Origin: Hyphomonas sp.
GTDB lineage: Bacteria > Pseudomonadota > Alphaproteobacteria > Caulobacterales > Hyphomonadaceae
Direction: 5' to 3'
NCBI GenBank assembly: GCA_046296675.1
Contig: JBKBLD010000013.1
Span: 1,316 to 65,315, forward strand
DNA: 64,000 nucleotides
Shown: in pieces, positions 51,336 to 61,138 of the stretch
How the letters are laid out: each line of letters begins with the position of its first letter
Numbering within the stretch: position 1 is the first letter of the stretch
Program-made: the position numbers and the translations under genes
The notes under the pieces: generated by a model
Seen by the model: only the letters and a program-made list of their open reading frames with translations
Told to the model about the DNA's origin: nothing
Databases searched by the model: none

Positions 51336-51932
51336 ATGACACAAAACCGCACTGCAGACGTCAGCCGCAAGACGAAGGAAACCGAAATCTCGGTTTCTGT
51401 TAACCTTGATGGCACCGGAAAGTCCGACATCGAGACCGGGATCGGCTTCTTCGACCATATGCTCGACAGCCTGTCGCGCCATTCGCTGATCGACCTGAAA
51501 GTGCGCTGCAAGGGCGACACCCATATCGATTTCCACCATTCCGTGGAGGATACCGGCATCGTCATCGGCCAGGCGATTGCCAAGGCGCTGGGCGATTTTG
51601 CCGGCATCACCCGCTTCGGCCACGCCTATATCCCGATGGACGAGACGCTGACGCGCGCCTCGGTCGACCTGTGCAAGCGGCCCTACCTGATCTGGAAGGT
51701 GGATTTCCGGCGCGACAAGATCGGCGAGATGGATACCGAACTCTTCAAGGAGTTCTTCCATGCCCTCGCCGGCAATGGCGGCATGTGCCTGCACATCGAG
51801 AACCTTTACGGCGAAAACAACCACCATATCGCCGAGAGCTGCTTCAAGGCGACCGCCCGCGCCCTGCGCACGGCCATTGCCGTCGACCCCCGCCTCGGCG
51901 GCAAGCCGGCCAGCACCAAGGGCAGCTTGTAA
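51336..51932 (+). CDS. hisB: Imidazoleglycerol-phosphate dehydratase
   Basis: [34 protein letters not shown]. Alternative start at 51327. Confidence 0.97.
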   Translation: MTQNRTADVSRKTKETEISVSVNLDGTGKSDIETGIGFFDHMLDSLSRHSLIDLKVRCKGDTHIDFHHSVEDTGIVIGQAIAKALGDFAGITRFGHAYIPMDETLTRASVDLCKRPYLIWKVDFRRDKIGEMDTELFKEFFHALAGNGGMCLHIENLYGENNHHIAESCFKATARALRTAIAVDPRLGGKPASTKGSL

Positions 51933-51961
51933 GCCCCCCTGCCCCACGCTAGGAGCGCGCC

Positions 51962-52585
51962 ATGACCCGCGTCGCGCTCATCGATTATGGCTCCGGCAAC
52001 CTGCATTCCTGCGCCCGCGCGCTGGCGGCAGCCGAAGGCAATGTAACCGTGACCGCCGATCCCGCAGAAGTTGCCCGCGCCGGGCGGATCGTGCTGCCGG
52101 GTGTGGGCCATTTTGCCGACTGCGCCGGCGCCCTGCGCGCCATCGACGGCATGGTCGAGGCCCTTGAAGAGGCGGTTCTGAGACAGGGCCGGCCATTTCT
52201 GGGCATCTGTGTCGGCATGCAGCTGATGGCGGATATGGGCCTGGAAGACGGCGAGACGCGCGGCCTTGGCTGGATACACGGACTTGTCGAAGCGCTGGAG
52301 CCGGCGCCGGGACTTCCCGTTCCGCATGTCGGCTGGAACGAGCTGATCCTGCCGCACAACCACCCCCTGCTCGCCGGGCTCGGCGACAATCCCCACGCCT
52401 ATTTCACCCATTCCTATGTCTTCCGGCCGGAGAATGAGGACGAGGCGGCGGCCTGGTGCGACTATGGCGGGGTGTTTGCCGCCGCGGTCGCCCGCGACAA
52501 CCTCTTCGGTACCCAGTTCCACCCCGAAAAGAGCCAGCGCGTTGGCCTGACGCTTCTGGCGAATTTTTTGAAATGGACGCCATGA
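51962..52585 (+). CDS. hisH: IGP synthase glutaminase subunit
   Basis: [23 protein letters not shown]. Confidence 0.97.
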   Translation: MTRVALIDYGSGNLHSCARALAAAEGNVTVTADPAEVARAGRIVLPGVGHFADCAGALRAIDGMVEALEEAVLRQGRPFLGICVGMQLMADMGLEDGETRGLGWIHGLVEALEPAPGLPVPHVGWNELILPHNHPLLAGLGDNPHAYFTHSYVFRPENEDEAAAWCDYGGVFAAAVARDNLFGTQFHPEKSQRVGLTLLANFLKWTP

Positions 52586-53307
52586 CCTTCACCCTCTACC
52601 CCGCCATTGACCTCAAAGACGGTGCCTGCGTGCGTCTCCTTCGCGGGGAGATGGATGCGGCGACCGTGTTCAACACCGACCCTGCGGATCAGGCCGCCGC
52701 CTTCGCGCGCATGGGCTTTACCCATCTGCATGTGGTCGACCTCAACGGGGCGTTTGCGGGCGCGCCGGTGAACCGGGCGGCGGTGGAAGGTATCCTGAAA
52801 GCCACCCCGGCCCCGGTTCAACTCGGCGGGGGCATCCGCACGCGGGCGCAGATCGACGCCTGGCTGGAGGCCGGCATCTCCCGCGTCATCCTCGGCACGA
52901 TTGCCCTGCGCGATCCGCAGCTGGTGAAGGACGCCGCCCGCGCCCTGCCCGGCCGGATCGTGGTCGGCATCGACGCGAAGGACGGGATGGTGGCGGTGGA
53001 AGGCTGGGCCGAGACCAGCGACATGAAAGCCGCCGAGCTGGCCAAAGCCTTTGAAGGCTGCGGCGTGGCCGCCATCGTCGCCACCGATATCGGGCGCGAC
53101 GGGCTGAAGACCGGCGTGAATGTTCCGTTTACGGCAGAGCTGGCAAACGCCGTCTCCATCCCCGTCATCGCCTCCGGCGGCGTGCGCAGCGTGGAGGACA
53201 TCCGTGCCCTGAAGGCCAGCGGCGCGCCCATTGCGGGCACGATCCTGGGCCGGGCTCTATATGATGGGGATATTGATGCGGGCGAGGCGTTTGAGGCGGC
53301 GGGTTAG
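52582..53307 (+). CDS. hisA: ProFAR isomerase
   Basis: [38 protein letters not shown]. Confidence 0.97.
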   Translation: MTFTLYPAIDLKDGACVRLLRGEMDAATVFNTDPADQAAAFARMGFTHLHVVDLNGAFAGAPVNRAAVEGILKATPAPVQLGGGIRTRAQIDAWLEAGISRVILGTIALRDPQLVKDAARALPGRIVVGIDAKDGMVAVEGWAETSDMKAAELAKAFEGCGVAAIVATDIGRDGLKTGVNVPFTAELANAVSIPVIASGGVRSVEDIRALKASGAPIAGTILGRALYDGDIDAGEAFEAAG

Positions 53308-53391
53308 TGCCACTCCCTCAACGGTTGATTCTGCGAGACTCCTGCTTGCGACTCAGTTTTCACTCGCGATCCACAGTCAATTTTGGTAGTA

Positions 53392-54243
53392 ATGGATCGC
53401 GATACATCGCCCCCTCGCTCTGAGCTTGAGAACGCCAGCAGCACTTTTCGCTGGACGAAATGGGTGTTGCGAGTCTTGGGCAGCCTGGCTTTGGTTTGGT
53501 TGGCGTTCTGTGCTGAGAAGGAAACGGTCGAGAGAGTTGCGAATGTTACGACCGTAGCCTTCACTGTTGGCACATTCTACATCGCGACCTTTGAGCCAGA
53601 ATTTCTCGGGTGGATCATTGACCGTGCGCGGCGTCTTTTTGACCTACAACGGCGGCGAAAGCAGACGCACTCAAAGCGGAAATGGTTCACCTTCGCGCGC
53701 AGAACTGCCGAACCCGGTTCTACCAGAGCAGCAGCTGAGCGCACTAAACCCAACACACATGAAATAAACGCCTCTGGCGACCCGCGCGTCGTTGCCAGAA
53801 GTGAGGACGCGACCGACAATCCCAACGCGCGATCCCGGCAGCAACTCCTACTCATTTGCGGTTCTCTAGGTGCGTTGTTCCTATTTGCAGTGGCGAATCG
53901 GAGCGGTCGAGCGACTAGTGAAGATCATTTGGCCAACCCGGTTCCAGCTGCGGCGGAAGTGAATATTGTCGCTGAAGAGGATGCCGGGCCTACTGTGGAG
54001 AATGGTTCTGCTTCTATTGAAGCTGACCTACAGCCAATGTTTTTTCGGATAGCCGCAAATGATCGCTGCTACACGATAGCGGCACGATGTACCGGGGACG
54101 GTGAAAGATTTGTCGAACTCGGCCCACCAGCAAACAATTGGCTAGACGTGAGCAATCGAGACTATTGTCTGATAAAACCGGGTCAGGATTTAAAACTTCC
54201 CGACGGATGGCCATCGGAATGCGTTGGCGGCGACGCGGATTGA
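53392..54243 (+). CDS. Low-GC membrane protein with C-terminal Cys-containing LysM-like domain
   Basis: Two to three hydrophobic segments; C-terminal RIAANDRCYTIAARCTG...CLIKPGQDLKLP fits the LysM pattern; sampled lines 42-53% GC. Confidence 0.55.
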   Translation: MDRDTSPPRSELENASSTFRWTKWVLRVLGSLALVWLAFCAEKETVERVANVTTVAFTVGTFYIATFEPEFLGWIIDRARRLFDLQRRRKQTHSKRKWFTFARRTAEPGSTRAAAERTKPNTHEINASGDPRVVARSEDATDNPNARSRQQLLLICGSLGALFLFAVANRSGRATSEDHLANPVPAAAEVNIVAEEDAGPTVENGSASIEADLQPMFFRIAANDRCYTIAARCTGDGERFVELGPPANNWLDVSNRDYCLIKPGQDLKLPDGWPSECVGGDAD

Positions 54244-54260
54244 CGCATTCAATGATGGTA

Positions 54261-54291
54261 GTGGGTTACGGCTCCGCCTAGCCAACCCTAC
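54261..54291 (-). repeat. GTAG-type REP hairpin
   Basis: Minus strand GTAG-GGTTGG-ctaGGCggaGCCgtaa-CCCAC. Confidence 0.65.
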
Positions 54292-54311
54292 GGATCCTCT
54301 CCCGCCCCTCC

Positions 54312-54506
54312 CTACCGCGCCGTAGACAGCGGCCGCCGCAGCATCCGGCGCGTTCTCAGCGCATGGGCCATGTCGCTTTCTTCGCCGTCTGGCCCGTCGG
54401 CGGGGGCCTCCAGGCGGGTGAGGCCGGCGGCGAGGCGGGTCAGGGTTTCGGCTTCGTCGGTATTGATCCGGACAGCCGCCCGGCGGGCAGCGCGCTTGAT
54501 ATCCAT
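54312..54506 (-). CDS. Small basic hypothetical protein (64 aa)
   Basis: GGAGGAG SD upstream of MDIKRAARR; host-like codon usage. Confidence 0.55.
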   Translation of the reverse strand: MDIKRAARRAAVRINTDEAETLTRLAAGLTRLEAPADGPDGEESDMAHALRTRRMLRRPLSTAR

Positions 54507-54654
54507 TGGTCCAAACTCCTCCAAGGTGACTTGTTCAGTTCGCTCGCGAGACAGACCCCATGGCGCAACATAGCGCAAAACGCCGCAGAGTTCCACGCCG
54601 GGCCGTGTTACGGATCATTTGCCTTCGCCCCGCTTTCCCCGCTAAACCCGCGCC

Positions 54655-55413
54655 ATGCTGAAAACCCGCATCATCCCCTGCCTGGACGTGAAAGACGGGC
54701 GCACCGTGAAGGGCGTCAGTTTCGTTGACCTGAAAGACGCCGGCGACCCTGTGGCGCTCGCCCGCGCCTATGACGCGGCCGGCGCCGACGAGCTCTGCTT
54801 CCTCGACATCACCGCCAGCCATGAGGGGCGCGGCACGCTGCTGGAGACGGTCAGCCGAACGGCCGAGGCGTGTTTCATGCCGCTGACCGTGGGCGGGGGT
54901 GTGCGCTCGGTGGAGGATATGGTGGCGCTCCTGCGCGCGGGGGCTGACAAGGTGGCGATCAACTCAGCCGCTGTGGCCGACCCCGCGATCATCACCGCCT
55001 GCGCGGCCAAGGCCGGGCGGCAATGCGTGGTCGTGGCGATCGATGCGCGTCAGTCCGGGGCGCGCTGGGAAATCTTCACGCATGGCGGGCGGAAGGCCAC
55101 CGGCATCGACGCCGTGGCGTTCGCCCGCGAGGCGGCAAAACGCGGGGCGGGCGAAATCCTGCTGACCTCGATGGACCGCGACGGGACGAAATCCGGCTAT
55201 GACATTCCGCTGCTGAAGGCGGTCTCGTCGGCTGTCACCATTCCGGTGATCGCCAGCGGCGGCGCGGGCAGCGTGGAAGACTTTGCGCCCGCCGTGATCG
55301 AAGGCGGGGCAAGCGCCGTGCTGGCCGCCTCGATCTTCCATTTCGGCGAAGCGACGCTAGCCGAGGCGCGCGCGGCGCTGGCGAAAGCGGGCGCGCCGGT
55401 GCGGGCTGTCTGA
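54655..55413 (+). CDS. hisF: IGP synthase cyclase subunit
   Basis: [39 protein letters not shown]. Confidence 0.98.
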   Translation: MLKTRIIPCLDVKDGRTVKGVSFVDLKDAGDPVALARAYDAAGADELCFLDITASHEGRGTLLETVSRTAEACFMPLTVGGGVRSVEDMVALLRAGADKVAINSAAVADPAIITACAAKAGRQCVVVAIDARQSGARWEIFTHGGRKATGIDAVAFAREAAKRGAGEILLTSMDRDGTKSGYDIPLLKAVSSAVTIPVIASGGAGSVEDFAPAVIEGGASAVLAASIFHFGEATLAEARAALAKAGAPVRAV

Positions 55414-55417
55414 AGGC

Positions 55418-56227
55418 CTATTCCGCGAACACCGCCTTGCGTTTCTGCATCTCCGCCATCACCGCTTCCATCTGGTTCGGTGTACGGATGACCTTGCCCT
55501 GCTCGTCGCTTTCCAGCTGCAGCAGTTCGGCGTCGGTGGCGTCGGCCATCGCATTGCAGAGGATTTTCGCCCCGCGCATCGCGGCCGGATGCTTGCCGGC
55601 CATCACGCGCGCCAGCGCGAGGGCGTCTTCCAGCGGGTTTTCCGAGACATGCGTGGCAAAGCCGAGCGCATGGGCCTCGCTGCCCCTGAACTCGCGGTTG
55701 GTATAGGTCAGCTCACGGAGCACATCGTCGCGGACATTGCCGCGCCAGAGGGGGAAGCCTGCCATATCCGGCACAAGGCCCCATTTCATCTCCATGATGG
55801 CGCAGCGCGTCTCGGGATGGATGAAGCGGATATCGGCGCCCGACAGGATCTGGAAACCGCCGCCGAACGCCACGCCATGCGCCGCCGCGATCACCGGCAC
55901 CGGCAGCTCGCGCCAGCCCCAGGCGACATATTGCGCAAGGTTTGCGATGCCATGGCTGCGCGCGCCCAGATTGGAGGTGACATTGCCCTGCCCCGGCTTC
56001 TTCTCCTCACTCGCGGCGAAGTTTGACAGGTCAAGCCCCGCGCAGAAGGCCCGCCCCTCGCCGGAGAGGACCACGACGCGCAGGCCCTTCGTCTGTTTCA
56101 GCGTGTCGATCGCCTCGGCAATGCCGGCGAACATGGCGGGGTCGAGGGCATTCATCTTGTCGGTGCGGATCAGGCGGACATCGGCAATGCCGTCTTCCAG
56201 CATCGTGATCGAAACGCGGTCTTTCAT
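55418..56227 (-). CDS. Enoyl-CoA hydratase/crotonase family protein
   Basis: FCAGLD, PVIAAAHG, GGGFQI, MEMKWGLVPD. Confidence 0.92.
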   Translation of the reverse strand: MKDRVSITMLEDGIADVRLIRTDKMNALDPAMFAGIAEAIDTLKQTKGLRVVVLSGEGRAFCAGLDLSNFAASEEKKPGQGNVTSNLGARSHGIANLAQYVAWGWRELPVPVIAAAHGVAFGGGFQILSGADIRFIHPETRCAIMEMKWGLVPDMAGFPLWRGNVRDDVLRELTYTNREFRGSEAHALGFATHVSENPLEDALALARVMAGKHPAAMRGAKILCNAMADATDAELLQLESDEQGKVIRTPNQMEAVMAEMQKRKAVFAE

Positions 56228-56291
56228 GGCTTCCTCCGGAACTTTGAGGTCAAGCTGGCGCCCTTCCGCTGGGGACGTCAAGCGTCCGCAT

Positions 56292-56325
56292 CCCCAACCC
56301 CTTCTCCGCCAGGGGAGAAGGGGTT
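56292..56325. repeat. Palindromic intergenic repeat (CCCC..CCTTCTCC..GGAGAAGGGG type)
   Basis: Perfect 12-bp stem AACCCCTTCTCC-gccagg-GGAGAAGGGGTT preceded by CCCC. Confidence 0.55.
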
Positions 56326-56335
56326 AGAAGTCTTC

Positions 56336-56698
56336 ATGACCTCTTCCCTGCCCCTCGCCTCGCCCGCCCGCCTGAGCGCCGCGCTGGCGCATCTTGCTGA
56401 GACCATCGACGCGCGCGCGGCCGAGGGGGATGCGTCCGCCAGCTGGACGGCGAAGCTGCTCGCCAAGGGCCCGGATGCGGCCGCTGCGAAGGTGGCCGAG
56501 GAAGGGGGCGAGCTGGCTGAGGCCGTGCGCCGCGAGTCTGACGCGCGGGTGGCAAGCGAGGCAGCCGATGTGCTCTATCACGTCCTCGTCGCCCTGCGCG
56601 CGCGGGGCGTTGCGCTTGATGCGGTGGCCGAAGCGCTCGAGGCCCGCCAGGGCACCTCCGGCCTCGCCGAAAAGGCCGCGCGCCCGCCGAAGGGCTGA
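56336..56698 (+). CDS. hisE: Phosphoribosyl-ATP pyrophosphatase
   Basis: SWTAKLL.KG, KVAEEGGE, EAADVLYH, RQGTSG. Confidence 0.93.
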   Translation: MTSSLPLASPARLSAALAHLAETIDARAAEGDASASWTAKLLAKGPDAAAAKVAEEGGELAEAVRRESDARVASEAADVLYHVLVALRARGVALDAVAEALEARQGTSGLAEKAARPPKG

Positions 56699-56790
56699 GA
56701 AACTCCAACGGCGGGCTTCTGGTTGGAGTTTTCGGGCGGGGTTTATCCCTGCCCGGCGCCGGGCCCTGTCCCGCGGATAAGTCCGGCCCT

Positions 56791-57525
56791 CTACACGTTT
56801 TTCGGCGGCTTCAGGCGGCGTTTGGTCTGATGGGTCTCGGCCTTGTCGCCGGTCGGTTTTTCGCCGCGCATATAGTGGCGCTGCCAGCGCTCTTTCATGG
56901 CGTTCTGCTCGCCGCCCTTGAGGCGGGTGTTGAAGTCCGCCCGGCTGTCGCGCCAGGCTTCGTATTCCTTCACCAGTTCGCGGTTCTTCTTCAGGAGCTT
57001 GCGCTCGGGCTGGATTTCCTCCAGCCGCTTGTGTTCCATAAGCGTAATGAAAGCGAAGGGTTCGCCCTTCTGGAAGATCACCTCGCCGGGCCGGGTCATC
57101 TGCCAGTTCATGGTGAAGGGAAAGGGCAGCCAGTCGGTCTCGACAAGGCCCGTCAGCGGCGCGATGCCATCCTTCGGCCAGTTCGGCGGCCCCGTGACCC
57201 AGACGCCCCAGCCCGGCGGCGTGCGGAACAGGTGGCCGGTATGGAAGGTGACGATGCCGCGCATGAAATGGCTGTCGGCGAAGCTCGAAATCGCATTCGG
57301 ATCCCCGCGCGTCAGCAGCTGGATGTCTTCATTGCGAGGGCCCCCGTTCCACTTGATCTTGATGTCCATCGGGCAGAGAATTTCCCACCCCGTCGAGTTC
57401 GCCATGGTCAGCGGCAGGCAGCGATAGGGGTGGCGGTCGATGAAGGCATCCATCCATTCCCGGTCGGACCGGCCGGGCACGATCTCGGGCGCAACATCGT
57501 AAATCTTATAACAATCAAGGTGCAT
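56791..57525 (-). CDS. DUF6065-family protein
   Basis: REWMD...YRCLPL.MAN..GW; GPPN; GLVETDWLPFPFTMNW. Confidence 0.75.
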   Translation of the reverse strand: MHLDCYKIYDVAPEIVPGRSDREWMDAFIDRHPYRCLPLTMANSTGWEILCPMDIKIKWNGGPRNEDIQLLTRGDPNAISSFADSHFMRGIVTFHTGHLFRTPPGWGVWVTGPPNWPKDGIAPLTGLVETDWLPFPFTMNWQMTRPGEVIFQKGEPFAFITLMEHKRLEEIQPERKLLKKNRELVKEYEAWRDSRADFNTRLKGGEQNAMKERWQRHYMRGEKPTGDKAETHQTKRRLKPPKNV

Positions 57526-57587
57526 GGAGGCGGTTTCCGCTGGATGGCTGCTTGACGACACCGCAGAGTCCTGCCCCAAAGGGTGCC

Positions 57588-58085
57588 ATGCCGGCAAGCC
57601 CTGAAGACCTGTTCGCCTATCTCGACGCGCTCGGCATCGCCCATTCCACGACCTGGCATGAGGCGATGTTCACGGTCGGGCAGTCGGCCACCCTGAAAGC
57701 GGACATGCCGGGCGCGCATACCAAGAACCTGTTCCTGAAGGATGCGGACGGCGCGCTCGTGATGATTGCCGCGGAGGCCCACAACCAGCTGAAGCTGAAC
57801 CAGTTGCACAGACGAATCGGCACACGGCGGCTGTCTTTCGGGCCGGCAGAGCTGATGACGGATGTGCTCGGCATCATGCCGGGCTCGGTGACAGCCTTTG
57901 CGCTGATGAACGACCGTCCGGCGCGCGTGCGCTTTCTGGTCGATCACATCCTGGCTGAGGCGGAGACAGTGAACTTCCACCCCCTGACCAATACCGGCAC
58001 GACGGCCATCTCACAGACGAGCTTCCGCCGCTTTGTGGAAGCGACAGGGCATCGTTTCGAGATTGTCGATTTTTCCGAGCTGTAG
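57588..58085 (+). CDS. YbaK/ProXp-ala-type aminoacyl-tRNA editing protein
   Basis: HTKNLFLKD, LGIMPGSVTAFAL, NFHPLTNT. Confidence 0.9.
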   Translation: MPASPEDLFAYLDALGIAHSTTWHEAMFTVGQSATLKADMPGAHTKNLFLKDADGALVMIAAEAHNQLKLNQLHRRIGTRRLSFGPAELMTDVLGIMPGSVTAFALMNDRPARVRFLVDHILAEAETVNFHPLTNTGTTAISQTSFRRFVEATGHRFEIVDFSEL

Positions 58086-58088
58086 CGT

Positions 58089-59129
58089 TCAGGCGGTCGC
58101 GTGGGCCTTCTCCGGCTTGATGATGCCGCGGTTCAGCAGTTCCTCGGCAATCTGAACGGCGTTGAGGGCGGCGCCCTTGCGCAGATTGTCGGACACGCAC
58201 CAGAAGGCAAGGCCGTTCTCCGTAGACGGATCACTCCGGACGCGGCTGATATAGGTCGCCCATTCGCCGACACATTCCTTGGGCGTGATGTAGACTTCTT
58301 CCTTCGGATCATCGACCAGCATGATGCCGGGGCTTTCGCGCAGCAGGGCACGGCATTCATCCGCCGTCATATGACCGATGGTTTCGATATGGACGGCTTC
58401 GGAATGACCGACGAAGACCGGCACACGCACACAGGTGGCCACAAGCTCGATGCTCTCGTCGACGATCTTCTTGGTCTCGACCCGCATCTTCCACTCTTCT
58501 TTCGTATAGCCATCCTCCATGAACACATCGATCTGGGGGATGAGGTTGAAGGCGATTTCCTTCTGGAAGACCGTGGGGGCCGGCTCGTCATTGACGAAAA
58601 TGCCGCGCGTCTGGTTCCAGAGTTCGTCCATGGCTTCCTTGCCGGCGCCGGAAACGGACTGGTAGGTGGCAACCACCACGCGTTTGATGCCGACCGCGTC
58701 ATGGATTGGCTTCAGGGCGACGACCAGCTGGGCGGTCGAGCAGTTCGGATTGGCGATGATGCGCTTCTTCTCATAGCCGAGCACGGCATCCGCATTCACT
58801 TCCGGCACGACAAGCGGCACATCCGGATCCATCCGCCATTGCGAGGAATTGTCGATGACGATGGCGCCGGCCGCCGCGATCTTCGGCGACCAGATTTTCG
58901 AGACCGAGCCACCGGCCGACATCAGGACAAGGTCCACCTTCGAGAAGTCGAACTGTTCGAGATCATGGCATTTCAGCGTCCGGTCGCCATAGGAGACTTC
59001 CTTGCCGATCGACCGGCGCGACGCGACGGCGTACACTTCGTCGGCGGGGAAGAGTCGCTCGTCCAGAATGTTGAGGAGTTCCCGCCCGACATTACCTGTG
59101 GCGCCGACAACCGCGATACGCGTGCCCAT
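58089..59129 (-). CDS. asd: Aspartate-semialdehyde dehydrogenase
   Basis: GATGNVG, ANPNCST, TYQSVSGAG, DNLRKGAALN. Confidence 0.98.
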   Translation of the reverse strand: MGTRIAVVGATGNVGRELLNILDERLFPADEVYAVASRRSIGKEVSYGDRTLKCHDLEQFDFSKVDLVLMSAGGSVSKIWSPKIAAAGAIVIDNSSQWRMDPDVPLVVPEVNADAVLGYEKKRIIANPNCSTAQLVVALKPIHDAVGIKRVVVATYQSVSGAGKEAMDELWNQTRGIFVNDEPAPTVFQKEIAFNLIPQIDVFMEDGYTKEEWKMRVETKKIVDESIELVATCVRVPVFVGHSEAVHIETIGHMTADECRALLRESPGIMLVDDPKEEVYITPKECVGEWATYISRVRSDPSTENGLAFWCVSDNLRKGAALNAVQIAEELLNRGIIKPEKAHATA

Positions 59130-59251
59130 GATACTCTCCTCTGGCTACGTTGGGGGCTATATGGCGTATCTGGCCTTGCACTTAAAGCGGGTTGTGCAAT
59201 TCGTCTGCCTCGGGCAGGACTGCCCCCGCATCAGAAGAAGCGGAGCAAACC

Positions 59252-59623
59252 ATGCCCGACGAAGTCATCCGCAGCTATATCGGCGCCTATAATGAGCGCG
59301 ACATTGACGCCATGCTTGCCCATGTCACGGATGATGTCGTGTTCGAAAACATCTCGAATACTGGCCAGTCCATGCGCCTTGATGGCAAGGAAATGATGCG
59401 CCAGGTGGCCGAAGTGTCCGGAAATGCCTTCTCCTACCGCCGGCAACGGCTGATCAATCTCGTCACCGGCGCGGGCAAGGCCGCAGCTGAAATCGAGTTT
59501 GAAGGCCGCGCCGCCGTGGACCTGCCGAACGGCGTGAAAGCCGGCCAGACGGTGAAAGTGCGCGGGGCGAGCTTTTTCGAGTTTCGCGGGCCCCTGCTCT
59601 GCCGGATTGCGGATTACAGCTAG
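59252..59623 (+). CDS. SnoaL/NTF2-like protein
   Basis: YIGAYN.RDID.ML...DDVVFE; C-terminal RIADYS. Confidence 0.85.
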   Translation: MPDEVIRSYIGAYNERDIDAMLAHVTDDVVFENISNTGQSMRLDGKEMMRQVAEVSGNAFSYRRQRLINLVTGAGKAAAEIEFEGRAAVDLPNGVKAGQTVKVRGASFFEFRGPLLCRIADYS

Positions 59624-60672
59624 AGCGCCGCGATGACCGCATCCGCCATTTGGCGGGTCGTCAGCTCTCCGCCGAGATCGCGGGTGCGCGCGCCGCGGTC
59701 GAGCGCCTTGCCGACAGCGGCAAACAGCGTATCAGCCGCCTTTTCCCGGCCGAGCGACCAGCGCAGGGCCATTTCCAGAGACAGGATCGCCGCGCAGGGG
59801 TTGGCGACGCCCTGCCCGGCGATGTCCGGCGCTGATCCGTGGACTGGCTCATACAGGCCCGGCGTGCCCGGCGCGCCAAGCGATGCGGAGGGCAGCATGC
59901 CGATCGAGCCTGTCAGCATGGCCGCCTCGTCCGACAGAAGATCGCCGAAAAGATTGTCGGCGAGGATCACGTCAAACTGCTTCGGCGCGCGCACGAGTTC
60001 CATGGCGCAGGCGTCCGCATACATATGGCTGAGCGCTACACCGCCGCCGAATTCGGCATGGGCGAGTGTCACTTCCTGGCGCCAGAACAGGCCGGATTCC
60101 ATGACATTCGATTTTTCGACCGAGCAGACACGGGCCTTGCGGCCTCGCGCAATATCGAAGGCCGTGCGGGCCACCCGCTCGATTTCCGGATGCGTATAGA
60201 TCGCCGTATCGTATCCGCGGCGCAGGCCGCCTGCTTCATCAATGCCCCGCGGCTGACCGAAATAGACCCCGCCCGTCAGTTCCCGGACAATCATCAGGTC
60301 AAGACCTTCGACCCGGTCTCGCTTCAGACTGGACGCATCGACGAGCGCCGGAAAGCAGAAAGCGGGGCGGAGATTGGCGAAGACATCGAGCCCTTTGCGC
60401 AAGGCAAGCAGGCCCGCCTCGGGACGCATATCCCGCGCAACACCATTCCATTTCGGCCCGCCTACCGCACCGAGCAGGACGGCATTTGCCTTGCGCGCCT
60501 GATCCAGCACGGCGTCCGCCAAGGGTACGCCATGCGCGTCGAGGCTCGCGCCCCCGACAAGCCCCTCCTCGATCCTGATGTCGGGCACAAGTAACTCGGC
60601 GATGCGCCTTGCCTCGCCGATGACCTCAGGACCGATGCCGTCGCCCGGCAGGAGGAGGAGTGTCGGTTTCAT
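59620..60672 (-). CDS. leuB: 3-isopropylmalate dehydrogenase
   Basis: [41 protein letters not shown]. Confidence 0.97.
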   Translation of the reverse strand: MKPTLLLLPGDGIGPEVIGEARRIAELLVPDIRIEEGLVGGASLDAHGVPLADAVLDQARKANAVLLGAVGGPKWNGVARDMRPEAGLLALRKGLDVFANLRPAFCFPALVDASSLKRDRVEGLDLMIVRELTGGVYFGQPRGIDEAGGLRRGYDTAIYTHPEIERVARTAFDIARGRKARVCSVEKSNVMESGLFWRQEVTLAHAEFGGGVALSHMYADACAMELVRAPKQFDVILADNLFGDLLSDEAAMLTGSIGMLPSASLGAPGTPGLYEPVHGSAPDIAGQGVANPCAAILSLEMALRWSLGREKAADTLFAAVGKALDRGARTRDLGGELTTRQMADAVIAAL

Positions 60673-60677
60673 GGATA

Positions 60678-61010
60678 TCAGCAGGTACCCTGCGACTGGG
60701 TTGAGCACCCGGAATTAAGACGCTGGAAGCCATCCGTCGCCGCTTTGGCGTTTTCGGCCATCGCCTTGTCGAATTCTTTCCAAGCCTGCTCGGATTTGCA
60801 CTCCTTCGCCGGGAAACGGCTGCCGGTCACCTGCATTGAACGGCAACGGATCACCGTGCCGTCGGGGGCTTCCTGACCTTCCATGGAGGCAGTTATCGCA
60901 CTGGCTGAAGCAAGCTGGGTTGTTGACGCGCCTTCCGGCGTCGCACAGGCGGCAAGGAGGGCGGCGGCGCCCAGGAGGGCAGCGAGACCGGCTTTCAGGG
61001 TGGGGGGCAT
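60678..61010 (-). CDS. Small lipoprotein with C-x5-TGSR-x5-C motif
   Basis: Lipobox LAAC; [17 protein letters not shown]. Confidence 0.7.
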   Translation of the reverse strand: MPPTLKAGLAALLGAAALLAACATPEGASTTQLASASAITASMEGQEAPDGTVIRCRSMQVTGSRFPAKECKSEQAWKEFDKAMAENAKAATDGFQRLNSGCSTQSQGTC

Positions 61011-61138
61011 TGATCGTATCCTTATCAAATATCGATACCTGTTCGTAGCGGATATGCCCGCCCGATCAAGCCCGGCTGAGACAAATCAATCCAAATGTTC
61101 GCAACCCTGCTGGCAGGCGAGGCGTACAGGCGCCGCGC

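Noticed and set aside
53304-53855. Minus-strand ORFs within the LysM island
   Set aside because: Short, with no motifs or SD, and they overlap a more coherent + strand ORF.
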